Source: Rebecca billardiae RCC1528
Lineage: Eukaryota; Protista; Haptophyta
NCBI GenBank assembly: GCA_965240325.2
Contig: OZ251227.1
Coordinates: 2,790,001-2,854,000 of the forward strand
Reading direction: 5' to 3'
Length of the DNA stretch: 64,000 nucleotides
Made by a program: the position numbers and the translations under genes. Of the stretch, positions 45,701 through 57,700 are shown one piece after another (position 1 is the first letter of the stretch; each line of letters opens with the position of its first letter). The notes beneath the pieces are model-generated. The model made no database searches. It was given only the letters and a program-made list of their open reading frames with translations, and was not told the origin of the DNA.

Positions 45701-48700
45701 CCCACTGAGTTTGGCAACATGACGCAGTTGGGTGAGTTCTCGGCCGGCGGCAACTCGATCACGGGCACGATCCCGACGGAGGTTGGGCAGCTGACCGCTG
45801 CGGACGTGCTTCTCGTCTTCGACGCCAATTCGTTCACGGGCTCCGTGCCCACAGAGGTGGGCGCGCTCACGGCCCTCGACCGGTTTGGCTGGAACCAGAA
45901 CAGGCTCAACGGCACGGTGCCGACGGAGGTGGGCACGATGCGCGCGCTCAGTTGGCTCCATTTGCACAGCAACTCGATCACGGGCCAGATGCCCACCGAG
46001 CTCGGCAACATGACCGCCCTCACGACCCTACAGCTGCATATCAACTCGCTGACGGGGCCGATCCCGACCGAGCTCGGCCTCGCAGCCAGCATGGTCTATC
46101 TCGAGCTCTACTCGAACTCGTTTGAGGCGTCACTGCCGAGGGAGCTGGGCCAGCTGGCGAGCCTCGAAAACATGGTCATTTCTGGCGGGCAACTGACCGG
46201 CACGCTGCCCTCCGAGTTTGGTGACCTGGCAGCGCTCAAGAACATGGACCTTGCCGAAAACGCGCTGGCGGCCACGCTGCCGACGGAGCTGGGCCGGCTG
46301 GCCAGCCTGATCAAGCTTGATACCGCGATCAACGCGTTCACGGGCCCGCTGCCGACGGAGCTCGGCGCGCTGAACGCGCTCGAGACAATCCAGCTCTTCC
46401 TCAACAGTCTGAACGGCACGCTGCCGACGACACTGGGCAGTCTCACGCGCATGTTGGATTTCCAGCTCGGAGTCAACTCGTTGCGCGGCACGCTGCCGTC
46501 GGAGATTGGGCTGCTGACCTCGACGTGGCGCCTGGAGTTCAACACGAACTCGCTGAGCGGCACGCTGCCGACGACGCTCGGCCAGCTCGCCGCGCTCGCG
46601 CTTTTCAGCATCGCCACGAACCCGGACGTGCTGGGCACGCTGCCCTCGGAGATCGGCGCGCTCGGCGCGCTCACCGCCTTTGACGTGACGTCGACGGGGG
46701 TGTGCGGCGACACGGCAGCGACGGGGCTTAACGGCACAGGCGTGATCATCCCGGACCCGCTGACCGCGTGCGCGTCGCCCACGCCGCCGCCACCCGGTCC
46801 GCCACCGAGCCCACCGCCCGCGCCGACAGTGCGCGCGCAGCTCGAATTCCAGGCGTGCGAGGTCGACCCGAGCACGTGCACCTCGCTCGACCTCAGCAGC
46901 CGCGGTCTCACAGGCACGCTGCCCACCGAGCTCGGCCTCTTCAGCGCGCTCACCGAGCTGATTGTGGACGCGAACAGCCTCACTGGCCAGTGGCCCACCG
47001 AGATTGGCGGTCTGACGAGCTTGCAGTCATTCTTGGCGAACAACAACGCGTTCGGCGCGCCGCTGCCGACACAGATCGGCCTCATGACCAGCCTGACTGA
47101 AGTGCGCACCTACCAGGCCGGGCTGACGGGCTCGCTGCCCACTGAGTTTGGCAACCTGACGCAGCTGAGCAACTTCAACGCCGGCACCAACTCCATCACC
47201 GGCACGATCCCGACGGAGATTGGGCAGCTGACCGCTGCTGACAATCGTTTCAACTTTGAGGCCAATTCGTTCACGGGCTCCGTGCCCACAGAGGTGGGCG
47301 TGCTCACCGCTCTCGACTGGTTTGTCTGGAACCAGAACAGGCTCAACGGCACGGTGCCGACGGAGGTGGGCACGATGCGCGCGCTCCGTTTGCTCCATTT
47401 GCACACCAACTCGATCACTGGCCAGATGCCCACCGAGCTTGGCAACATGACCGCCCTCACGCGCCTTCAGCTGCAAAAAAACTCGCTGACGGGGCCGATC
47501 CCGACCGAGCTCGGCCTCGCAGCCAGCATGGTCAATCTCGAGCTCTACTCGAACTCGTTTCAGGCGTCATTGCCGAGGGAGCTGGGCCAGCTGACGAGCC
47601 TCACAACCATGGTCATCAGGTATGCGCAACTGACCGGCGGGCTGCCCACCGAGTTTGGCGACCTGGCGGCGGTCCTGAATACGGACCTCGGCGGCAACGC
47701 GCTGACGGCCACGCTGCCGACGGAGCTGGGCCGGTTGGCCAGCTTGACCTCTCTCTTAATGGGGGACAACGCGTTCACGGGCCCGCTGCCGACGGAGCTC
47801 GGCGCGCTGAACGCGCTCGAGAGAACCCAACTCTTCCTCAACAGTCTGAACGGCACGCTGCCGACGACGCTGGGCAGTCTCACGCGCATGCTCGACTTCC
47901 AGCTCGGAGTCAACTCGCTGCGCGGCACGCTGCCGTCTGAGATTGGGCTGCTGACCGCGATGTCGCGCCTGGAGCTCCACACGAACTCGCTGAGCGGCAC
48001 GCTGCCGACGACGCTCGGCCAGCTCGCCGCGCTCGCGCTTTTCAGCATCGATACGAACCCGGACGTGCTGGGCACGCTGCCCTCGGAGATCGGCGCGCTC
48101 GGCGCGCTCACTTCCTTTGTCGTGACGTCGACGGGGATGTGCGGCGACACGGCAGCGACGGGGCTGAACGGCACAGGCGTGATCGACCCGGACCCGCTGA
48201 CCGCGTGCGCGTCGCCCACGCCGCCGCCGAGCCCGCCACCGTCGCCGCCCCCGAGCCCGCCGCCCGCGCCGACGGTGCGCGCGCAGCCCGAGTTCCAGGC
48301 GTGCGAGGCCGACCCGTCGACGTGCACGGCGCTCAGCCTCGGCAGCCGCGCGCTCACGGGCACGCTGCCGACCGAGCTCGGCCTCTTCAGCGTGCTGACG
48401 CTTCTCCACGTCCATTCGAACAGCCTCGTAGGCGCGCTGCCCGCCGAGCTCGGCAACCTGACACAGCTGAGCTTCTTCAACGCCGGCACCAACTCACTCA
48501 CCGGCACGATCCCGGCTGAGCTGGCGCGTCTACCCACGCTGTTGCACTTTGAGTTCGACTACAACTCGCTCACGGGCGCGCTTCCCTCCGAGCTTGGCGA
48601 CGCGACCAGCCTCACTGTGCTGATCGCTGACCACTGCTCGTTCACGGGCCAGCTGCCGTCGGCACTCGGGCAGCTCACCAGGCTCTCGTACCTGACCGTG

Positions 48701-51700
48701 TCCGCAAACAGCCTCGCCGGCAGCCTGCCGACTGAGCTGGGCTTGCTGACGGCGGTCTCGCAATTCGCCATGTCGGTGAACCCGACGCTAGGGGGGACGC
48801 TGCCCACCGAGCTCGGCGCACTCACGGTGCTGCAGCGGTACTTGCTCGATGGCTGTGCGCTCAGCGGCACGGTGCCGACCGAGTTTGGACGGCACACGGC
48901 GCTCACCCACAGCTACCTCCAGAGCAACAACCCAGGGCTGACGGGCACGGTGCCGACTGAGTTTGGGCAGGTCTTCGCGCTCACGCAGCTCCGGGCGAAC
49001 TCGAACGCCCTCACCGGCCCGGTGCCGACGGAGCTCGGTGCCCTGACGAGGCTCGACGTGCTGTGGCTGCAGACCAACGCACTGAACGGCACCATCGCGA
49101 CGACGCTCGGCGAGCTGAGCGTGCTCAAGTACCTCGAGCTGAAATCGAACTCGCTCTCGGGCGAGATCCCGACGGAGCTGGGGCGGCTCGTCGGGCTCAG
49201 CTTGCTCTCGCTGAACACGAATGTGCTGAGCGGCCCGCTGCCCACGGAGCTCGCCTCGCTCAGCACGGCGCTCACCATCCACGTGCAGTCGAACGCTGGC
49301 CTCTCCGGCACGCTGCCGCCCAACCTTGGCAACCTCACCCAACTCACCTCGTTCGACGTGACGGGCACGGGCGTGTGCGGTGACGTCGAGAGCGGCGCGG
49401 TATCGCCGCCCTCGCTGCCGCAGTGCCCGTCGCCACCGAGCCCGCCGCCGTCGCCGCCGCCGAGCCCGCCGCCCGCGCCGACGGTGCGCGCGCAGCCCGA
49501 GTTCCAGGCGTGCGAGGCGGACCCGTCGACGTGCACGGCGCTCAGCCTCGGCAGCCGCGCGCTCACGGGCACGCTGCCCACCGAGCTCGGCCTCTTCAGC
49601 GTGCTCACTGAGCTGATCGTGGACGCGAACAGCCTCACCGGGCCGATCCCCACCGAGCTGGCGCGGCTGACCAACCTGACGACGCTCAATTTGATGACCA
49701 ACCAGCTCACCGGGCCGAGCCTCGACGTGTCCGTGCTCGCCAACATGAGCGCGCTCGTCACCCTCGACCTGGCGGGCAATCTGCTCACCGGCACAGTACC
49801 TACGGAGCTGGCGGCGTGGGCGCCGGCGCTGACGAGCCTCCAGCTCAACGGCGGCACGCTCGGCGGCACGCTGCCCTCGCAGCTCGGCGTTCTCACGCGC
49901 ATGGTCACTTTCGACTGCTCCTCGAACCAGGTGAGCGGCAGCGTGCCTACGGAGCTGGGCGCGTGGACGGCGATCACGAAGCTGGCGATCAGCTGGAACG
50001 GCGTGACGGGCCAGCTGCCGCACGAGCTGTTCGCCAACAAGCCCGTGCTCGAACACGTCGCGATCTCTGGCGTCTCGATCACCGGAGCGATCCCGAGCTC
50101 GCTCGGGGCGGCGACGGCGCTCACGCAGATCGGCATGCAGTACCTGACGCTGGCCGCGCCGCTGAACAGCACGGGGCTGGAGAACCTGGCCAAGCTCGAG
50201 CGCGTCGCGTTCGTGAGCGCAGGGCTGCTGGGCACGCTGCCGACCGAGCTCGGCCAGCTCACTTCGCTGGTCGAGTGGAAGTCAGCGACGAACGCGCTGA
50301 GCGGCACGCTGCCGACGCAGCTCGGTCTGCTCACACGGCTGTACTTGCTCGAGACTCCGAGCAACGCGCTGAGTGGCGAGCTGCCCAGCGAGCTCGGCAC
50401 GCTCACGGCGATGCAGTACTTGCGCTTCGACGGCAACGTGGACGTGTTCGGCACGCTGCCCACCGAGCTCGAGCTGCTGACCGCGCTCGTCACGCTCAAC
50501 GTGGCTTCGACCGGCGTGTGCGGCGACTCGGGCGCATTCAACGGCACGGGCGTGCTCACGCCGGACCCGCTGCCCGATTGCTCGCCGCCGCCCGGCCCGC
50601 CGCCGAGCCCGCCGCCGAGCCCGCCGCCAAGCCCGCCGCCGGGCCTGCCGCCGAGCCCGCCACCGAGCCCGCCACCGAGCCCACCGCCCAGCCCGCCGCC
50701 ACCCGCCCCGCCGCCGAGCCCACCGCCCAGCCCGCCGCCGTCGCCACCGCCCTCGCCACCCCCGCCGAGCCCGCCGCCGAGCCCGCCGCCGAGCCCGCCG
50801 CCGAGCCCGCCGCCGAGCCCGCCGCCGAGCCCGCCGCCAGGCCTGCCGCCGAGCCCGCCGCCGAGCCCGCCGCCGAGCCCGCCGCCAGGCCCACCGCCGA
50901 GCCCGCCGCCCAGCCCACCACCGAGCCCACCGCCAGGCCTGCCGCCGAGCCCGCCGCCAAGCCCGCCGCCAAGCCCGCCGCCGAGCCCGCCCCCACCCGC
51001 CCCGCCGCCGAGCCCGCCGCCGAGCCCGCCGCCGAGCCCGCCGCCGAGCCCGCCCCCGCCGAGCCCGCCGCCAAGCCCGCCACCATCACCGCCGCCGTCG
51101 CCGCCGCCGAGTCCGCCTCCGCCGCACCCACCGCCGAGCCCGCCGCCAGTGCCGCCACCGTCACCGCCACCCTCGCCGCCGCCGAGCCCGCCGCCGAGCC
51201 CGCCGCCGAGCCCGCCGCCGAGCCCGCCGCCGCCGAGCCCGCCGCCAAGCCCACCGCCCTTGCCACCTCCAAGCCCGCCCCCCAGCCCACCTCCTCCGAC
51301 GCCACCGCCCAGCCCGCCACCGTCGCCACCGCCCAGCCCGCCACCGAGCCCGCCGCCGCCGAGCCCGCCGCCGAGCCCGCCGCCATCGCCGCCACCGTCG
51401 CCTCCGCCGAGCCCGCCGCCGCCGAGCCCACCGCCGAGCCCGCCGCCTGCACCGCCACCCTCGCCGCCGCCGAGCCCTCCACCGCCCAACCCGCCCCCAA
51501 GCCCACCACCGAGCCCGCCGCCGGCGCCACCACCGGCGCCGCCGCCGCGTCCCCCGCCGAGCCCGCCGCCGAGCCCGCCGCCGAGCCCGCCGCCGCCGAG
51601 CCCGCCGCCCAGTCCGCCGCCGTCGCCGCCGCCGAGCCCGCCCCCCAGCCCGCCGCCACCAACGCCACCGCCGAGCCCGCCGCCGTCGCCACCGCCGAGC

Positions 51701-54700
51701 CCGCCGCCGTCGCCACCGCCGAGCCCGCCGCCGTCGCCACCGCCGAGCCCGCCGCCGTCACCACCGCCGAGCCCGCCACCGTCGCCACCGCCCAGCCCGC
51801 CGCCGAGCCCGCCGCCGCCGAGCCCACCGCCGAGCCCGCCGCCATCGCCACCACCGTCGCCTCCGCCGAGCCCGCCTCCGCCAAGCCCACCGCCGAGCCC
51901 GCCGCCGTCGCCGCCACCGTCGCCGCCACCGAGCCCTCCACCGCCCAACCCGCCCCCGAGCCCACCACCGAGCCCGCCACCGGCGCCACCGCCGTCGCCG
52001 CCGCCGAGCCCGCCGCCCAGCCCGCCACCCAGCCCGCCACCCAGCCCGCCGCCGCCGTCGCCGCCGCCGAGCCCGCCGCCGTCGCCACCGCCGAGCCCGC
52101 CGCCGTCGCCACCGCCGCCGTCGCCACCGCCGAGCCCGCCGCCGTCGCCACCGCCGAGCCCGCCGCCGTCACCACCGCCGAGCCCGCCACCGTCGCCACC
52201 GCCCAGCCCACCGCCGAGCCCGCCGCCGCCGAGCCCGCCGCCGAGCCCGCCGCCATCGCCACCACCGTCGCCACCACCGAGCCCGCCACCGCCAAGCCCA
52301 CCGCCGAGCCCGCCGCCGTCGCCGCCACCGTCGCCGCCGCCGAGCCCTCCACCGCCCAGCCCGCCCCCAAGCCCACCACCGAGCCCGCCACCGGCGCCAC
52401 CGCCGTCGCCGCCGCCGAGCCCGCCGCCAAGCCCGCCACCCAGCCCGCCACCCAGCCCGCCGCCGCCGAGCCCGCCGCCGAGCCCGCCGCCGTCGCCACC
52501 GCCGAGCCCGCCGCCCAGCCCGCCGCCGCCGTCGCCACCGCCGAGCCCGCCCCCGTCGCCGCCGCCGAGCCCACCGCCGTCACCACCGCCGAGCCCGCCG
52601 CCATCGCCACCGCCCAGCCCACCGCCGAGCCCGCCGCCGCCGAGCCCGCCGCCGAGCCCGCCGCCATCGCCACCACCGTCGCCACCGCCGAGCCCGCCGC
52701 CGCCAAGCCCGCCGCCGAGCCCGCCGCCGTCGCCGCCACCGTCGCCTCCGCCAAGCCCTCCACCGCCCAACCCACCGCCGAGCCCACCACCAAGCCCGCC
52801 ACCGGCGCCACCGCCGTCGCCGCCGCCGATCCCGCCGCCCAGCCCGCCACCCAGCCCGCCACCCAGCCCGCCGCCGCCGTCGCCACCGCCGAGCCCGCCG
52901 CCATCGCCACCGCCGAGCCCGCCGCCCAGCCCGCCGCCGCCGTCCCCACCGCCGAGCCCGCCGCCGTCGCCACCACCGAGCCCGCCGCCGTCACCACCGC
53001 CGAGCCCGCCGCCGTCGCCACCGCCGAGCCCGCCGCCGAGCCCGCCGCCGCCGAGCCCGCCGCCGAGCCCGCCGCCATCGCCACCACCGTCGCCACCACC
53101 GAGCCCGCCTCCGCCAAGCCCGCCGCCGAGCCCGCCGCCGTCGCCGCCACCGTCGCCTCCGCCGAGCCCTCCACCGCCCAGCCCACCGCCGAGCCCACCA
53201 CCGAGCCCGCCACCGGCGCCACCGCCGTCGCCGCCGCCGATCCCGCCGCCCAGCCCGCCGCCCAGCCCGCCACCCAGCCCGCCGCCGCCGTCGCCGCCGC
53301 CGAGCCCACCGCCGTCGCCACCGCCGAGCCCGCCGCCCAGCCCACCGCCGCCGTCGCCACCGCCGAGCCCGCCGCCGTCGCCACCGCCGAGCCCGCCGCC
53401 GAGCCCGCCGCCGCCGAGCCCGCCGCCGAGCCCGCCGCCAGCGCCGCCACCGTCGCCTCCGCCGAGCCCACCACCGCCGAGCCCGCCGCCGAGCCCGCCG
53501 CCGTCGCCGCCACCTTCGCCTCCGCCGAGCCCTCCACCGCCGAGCCCACCACCGAGTCCACCGCCGAGCCCGCCACCGGCGCCACCGCCATCGCCGCCGC
53601 CGAGCCCGCCGCCGAGCCCGCCGCCAAGCCCGCCACCCAGCCCGCCACCGCCGAGCCCGCCGCCGAGTCCGCCGCCGTCGCCACCGCCGAGCCCGCCGCC
53701 CAGCCCACCGCCACCGTCGCCACCGCCGAGCCCGCCGCCGAGCCCGCCGCCCGCGCCACCGCCGTCGCCGCCGCCGCGCCCGCCGCCGAGTCCGCCGCCC
53801 AGTCCGCCACCCAGCCCGCCGCCGCCGTCGCCGCCGCCGAGCCCGCCACCGTCGCCACCGCCGAGCCCGCCGCCCAGCCCACCGCCGCCGTCGCCACCGC
53901 CGAGCCCGCCACCGTCGCCGCCACCGTCGCCGCCGCCGAGCCCTCCGCCGCCAAGCCCACCGCCGAGCCCACCGCCATCGCCGCCACCATCGCCGCCGCC
54001 GAGCCCGCCACCGCCGAGCCCACCGCCGAGCCCGCCGCCATCGCCGCCGCCATCGCCGCCGCCGAGCCCTCCACCGCCCAGCCCACCGCCGAGCCCACCA
54101 CCGAGCCCGCCACCGGCGCCACCGCCGTCGCCGCCGCCGCGCCCGCCGCCCAGCCCGCCGCCCAGCCCACCACCCAGCCCGCCGCCGCCGTCGCCGCCGC
54201 CGAGTCCGCCGCCGTCGCCACCGCCGAGCCCGCCGCCCAGCCCACCGCCGCCGTCGCCACCGCCGAGCCCGCCGCCGTCGCCACCGCCATCTCCGCCACC
54301 GAGTCCGCCACCGCCAAGCCCGCCGCCGAGCCCGCCACCGTCGCCGCCCCCATCGCCTCCGCCGAGCCCGCCGCCGCCGAGCCCGCCGCCGAGCCCGCCA
54401 CCGTCGCCGCCACCGTCGCCTCCGCCGAGCCCTCCACCGCCGAGCCCGCCGCCGAGCCCACCGCCGAGCCCGCCACCGGCGCCACCGCCGTCGCCGCCGC
54501 CGAGCCCGCCGCCCAGCCCGCCGCCCAGCCCGCCACCCAGCCCGCCACCGCCGAGCCCGCCGCCGAGCCCGCCGCCCACGCCGCCGCCATCGCCACCGCC
54601 CAGTCCGCCGCCCCCCAGCCCGCCGCCAAGTCCTCCGCCGTCGCCACCGCCATCTCCGCCACCGAGTCCGCCACCGCCAAGCCCGCCACCGAGCCCGCCT

Positions 54701-57700
54701 CCATCGCCGCCACCGTCGCCTCCGCCGAGCCCGCCGCCGCCGAGCCCGCCGCCGAGCCCGCCGCCATCGCCGCCACCGTCGCCGCCGCCGAGCCCTCCAC
54801 CGCCCAGCCCGCCGCCGAGCCCACCGCCGAGCCCGCCACCCGCGCCACCGCCGTCGCCGCCGCCGCGCCCCCCGCCGAGCCCGCCGCCGAGCCCGCCGCC
54901 GAGCCCGCCGCCGCCGAGCCCGCCGCCGAGTCCGCCGCCGTCGCCACCGCCAAGCCCGCCGCCCAGCCCACCGCCGCCGTCGCCACCGCCGAGCCCGCCG
55001 CCGTCGCCGCCGCCGAGCCCGCCGCCGAGTCCGCCCCCGCCAAGCCCGCCTCCAAGCCCGCCGCCAACGCCGCCCCCATCGCCTCCGCCGAGCCCTCCTC
55101 CACCGAGCCCGCCGCCGAGCCCGCCGCCAACGCCACCGCCGTCGCCGCCGCCGAGCCCGCCGCCGCCTGCGCCACCACCGAGCCCACCGCCCTCACCACC
55201 GCCCGCACCGCCACCGAGCCCGCCGCCACCGTCGCCGCCACCGTCGCCGCCGCCGTCGCCGCCACCCTTGCCGCCTCCGAGCCCGCCGCCTCCGAGCCCG
55301 CCGCCGAGCCCGCCGCCTACGCCGCCGCCCTCGCCGCCACCACATCCGCCACCGAGCCCGCCGCCCTCGCCGCCGCCCGCGCCGCCGCCGAGCCCGCCGC
55401 CACCCTCGCCACCGCCGAGCCCGCCGCCGAGCCCCCCGCCAACGCCGCCGCCAAGCCCGCCGCCCCCCAGCCCGCCGCCAAGTCCGCCGCCCTCGCCACC
55501 GCCATCCCCGCCGCCGAGTCCGCCGCCGCCGAGCCCGCCGCCGAGCCCACCACCGGCGCCGCCGCCGAGCCCGCCGCCGAGCCCGCCGCCGCCAAGCCCG
55601 CCGCCGAGCCCACCACCATCGCCACCGCCCGCGCCGCCGCCGAGCCCGCCGCCCCCTGCGCCACCGCCCAGCCCGCCGCCGAGCCCACCGCCCGCTCCGC
55701 CGCCGAGCCCACCGCCACCCAGCCCACCACCAAGCCCGCCACCCTCGCCACCCCCTTCGCCGCCACCGAGCCCACCGCCGCCGAGCCCGCCGCCAAGTCC
55801 GCCGCCATCGCCGCCACCTGCGCCGCCACCAAGCCCGCCGCCCCCTGCGCCACCGCCCAGCCCGCCGCCGAGCCCGCCGCCCGCTCCGCCGCCGAGCCCA
55901 CCGCCACCCAGCCCACCACCAAGCCCGCCACCCTCACCACCCCCTTCGCCGCCGCCGAGCCCACCGCCGCCGAGCCCGCCGCCAAGTCCGCCGCCATCGC
56001 CGCCGCCGAGCCCACCACCTCAGCCGCCGCCAAGCCCGCCACCGTCGCCGCCGCCTGCGCCGCCGCCGAGCCCGCCGCCGCCCGCTCCGCCGCCGAGCCC
56101 GCCGCCCACACCGCCGCCCTCGCCGCCACCATCGCCGCCACCACCCTTCCCACCTCCGAGCCCGCCACCTCGCCCGCCGCCCTCCCCGCCACCCTTGCCG
56201 CCGCCCTCGCCACCGCCGGCACCGCCGCCTTCACCACCGCCGACACCGCCGCCGAGCCCGCCGCCAGCGCCACCACCGTCGCCGCCGCCCAGCCCGCCGC
56301 CGCCTCGCCCGCCGCCCAGCCCGCCGCCCAGCCCGCCGCCCGCGCCTCCGCCGAGCCCGCCGCCTCCGAGCCCGCCGCCCAGCCCGCCGCCAACACCGCC
56401 GCCAACACCGCCGCCGAGCCCGCCACCGCCGAAGCCGCCGCCAAGCCCGCCGCCGAGCCCGCCGCCGGCACCACCGCCAAGCCCACCACCGCCAAGCCCG
56501 CCGCCGAGCCCGCCACCGAGCCCGCCGCCTGCTCCGCCGCCGAGCCCGCCGCCGCCGAGCACGCCGCCAAGCCCGCCGCCACTGCCGCCTCCGAGCCCGC
56601 CGCCAGCTCCGCCGCCCAGCCCCCCGCCGAGCCCGCCGCCCGTGCCGCCGCCGAGCCCGCCGCCACCCGCGCCGCCGCCGAGCCCGCCGCCCGCGCCGCC
56701 ACCTCTGCCGCCGCCGAGCCCCCCGCCGAGCCCGCCGCCTTTGCCACCGCCCACGCCGCCGCCGAGCCCGCCGCCGCCGAGCCCGCCGCCGAGCCCGCCG
56801 CCGAGCCCGCCGCCGGCCCCGCCGCCGAGTCCGCCGCCGCCACGTCCGCCGCCAAGCCCGCCACCGTCGCCGCCGCCGTCGCCACCGCCGCAGCCGCCGC
56901 CGAGCCCGCCGCCCTTGTCGCCTCCATCGCCGCCGCCGAGCCCGCCGCCGCCGTTGCCGCCGCCGAGCCCGCCGCCGAGCCCGCCGCCCTTGCCGCCTCC
57001 AAGCCCTCCGCCGCCGCTCTTGCCGCCCAGCCCGCCGCCAGCCCCGCCGCCGAGCCCACCGCCGTTGCCCCCGCCGAGCCCGCCGCCATCGCCGCCACCA
57101 CGGCCTCCGCCCTCGCCGCCACCCATGCCGCCGCCCTCGCCGCCCCCGAGCCCGCCACCGAGCCCGCCGCCGCCAACGCCACCGCCATCGCCTCCGCCGT
57201 CGCCGCCGCCAAGCCCGCCGCCAAGTCCGCCACCACCGGCCTCGCCGCCGTCGCCGCCGCCGTCGCCGCCGCCGTCGCCGCCGCCGAGCCCACCGCCCCC
57301 GCTCGCACCGCCGTCGCCGCCGCCCAGCCCGCCACCGGCCCCGCCGCCCAGCCCGCCGCCCAGCCCGCCGCCGACGACTCCACCCGCACCGCCACCCGCA
57401 CCGCCGCCGAGCCCGCCGCCGTCGCCGCCGCCCGCACCGCCGCCGAGCCCGCCGCCCGGTTTGCCGCCGTCACCGCCGCCAGCGCCGCCGCCGAGCCCGC
57501 CGCCGCCGCCGCCGCCGAGCCCGCCGCCGAGCCCGCCGCCGAGCCCGCCGCCGAGCCCGCCGCCGCTGCCGCCGCCGAGCCCGCCACCTGGCCTGCCGCC
57601 ATCACCGCCGCCGTCGCCGCCTCCGTCGCCCAACCCCGCTCCCCCGCCGAGCCCGCCACCGAGCCCGCCGCCCGCGCCGCCGCCCGCGCCGCCGCCCGCA

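Noticed and set aside
27633-47476. Long antisense ORFs (27633-30425, 34838-38203, 39044-43696 and others)
   Set aside because: These are Arg/Ala-rich antisense shadows of a high-GC3 coding strand.
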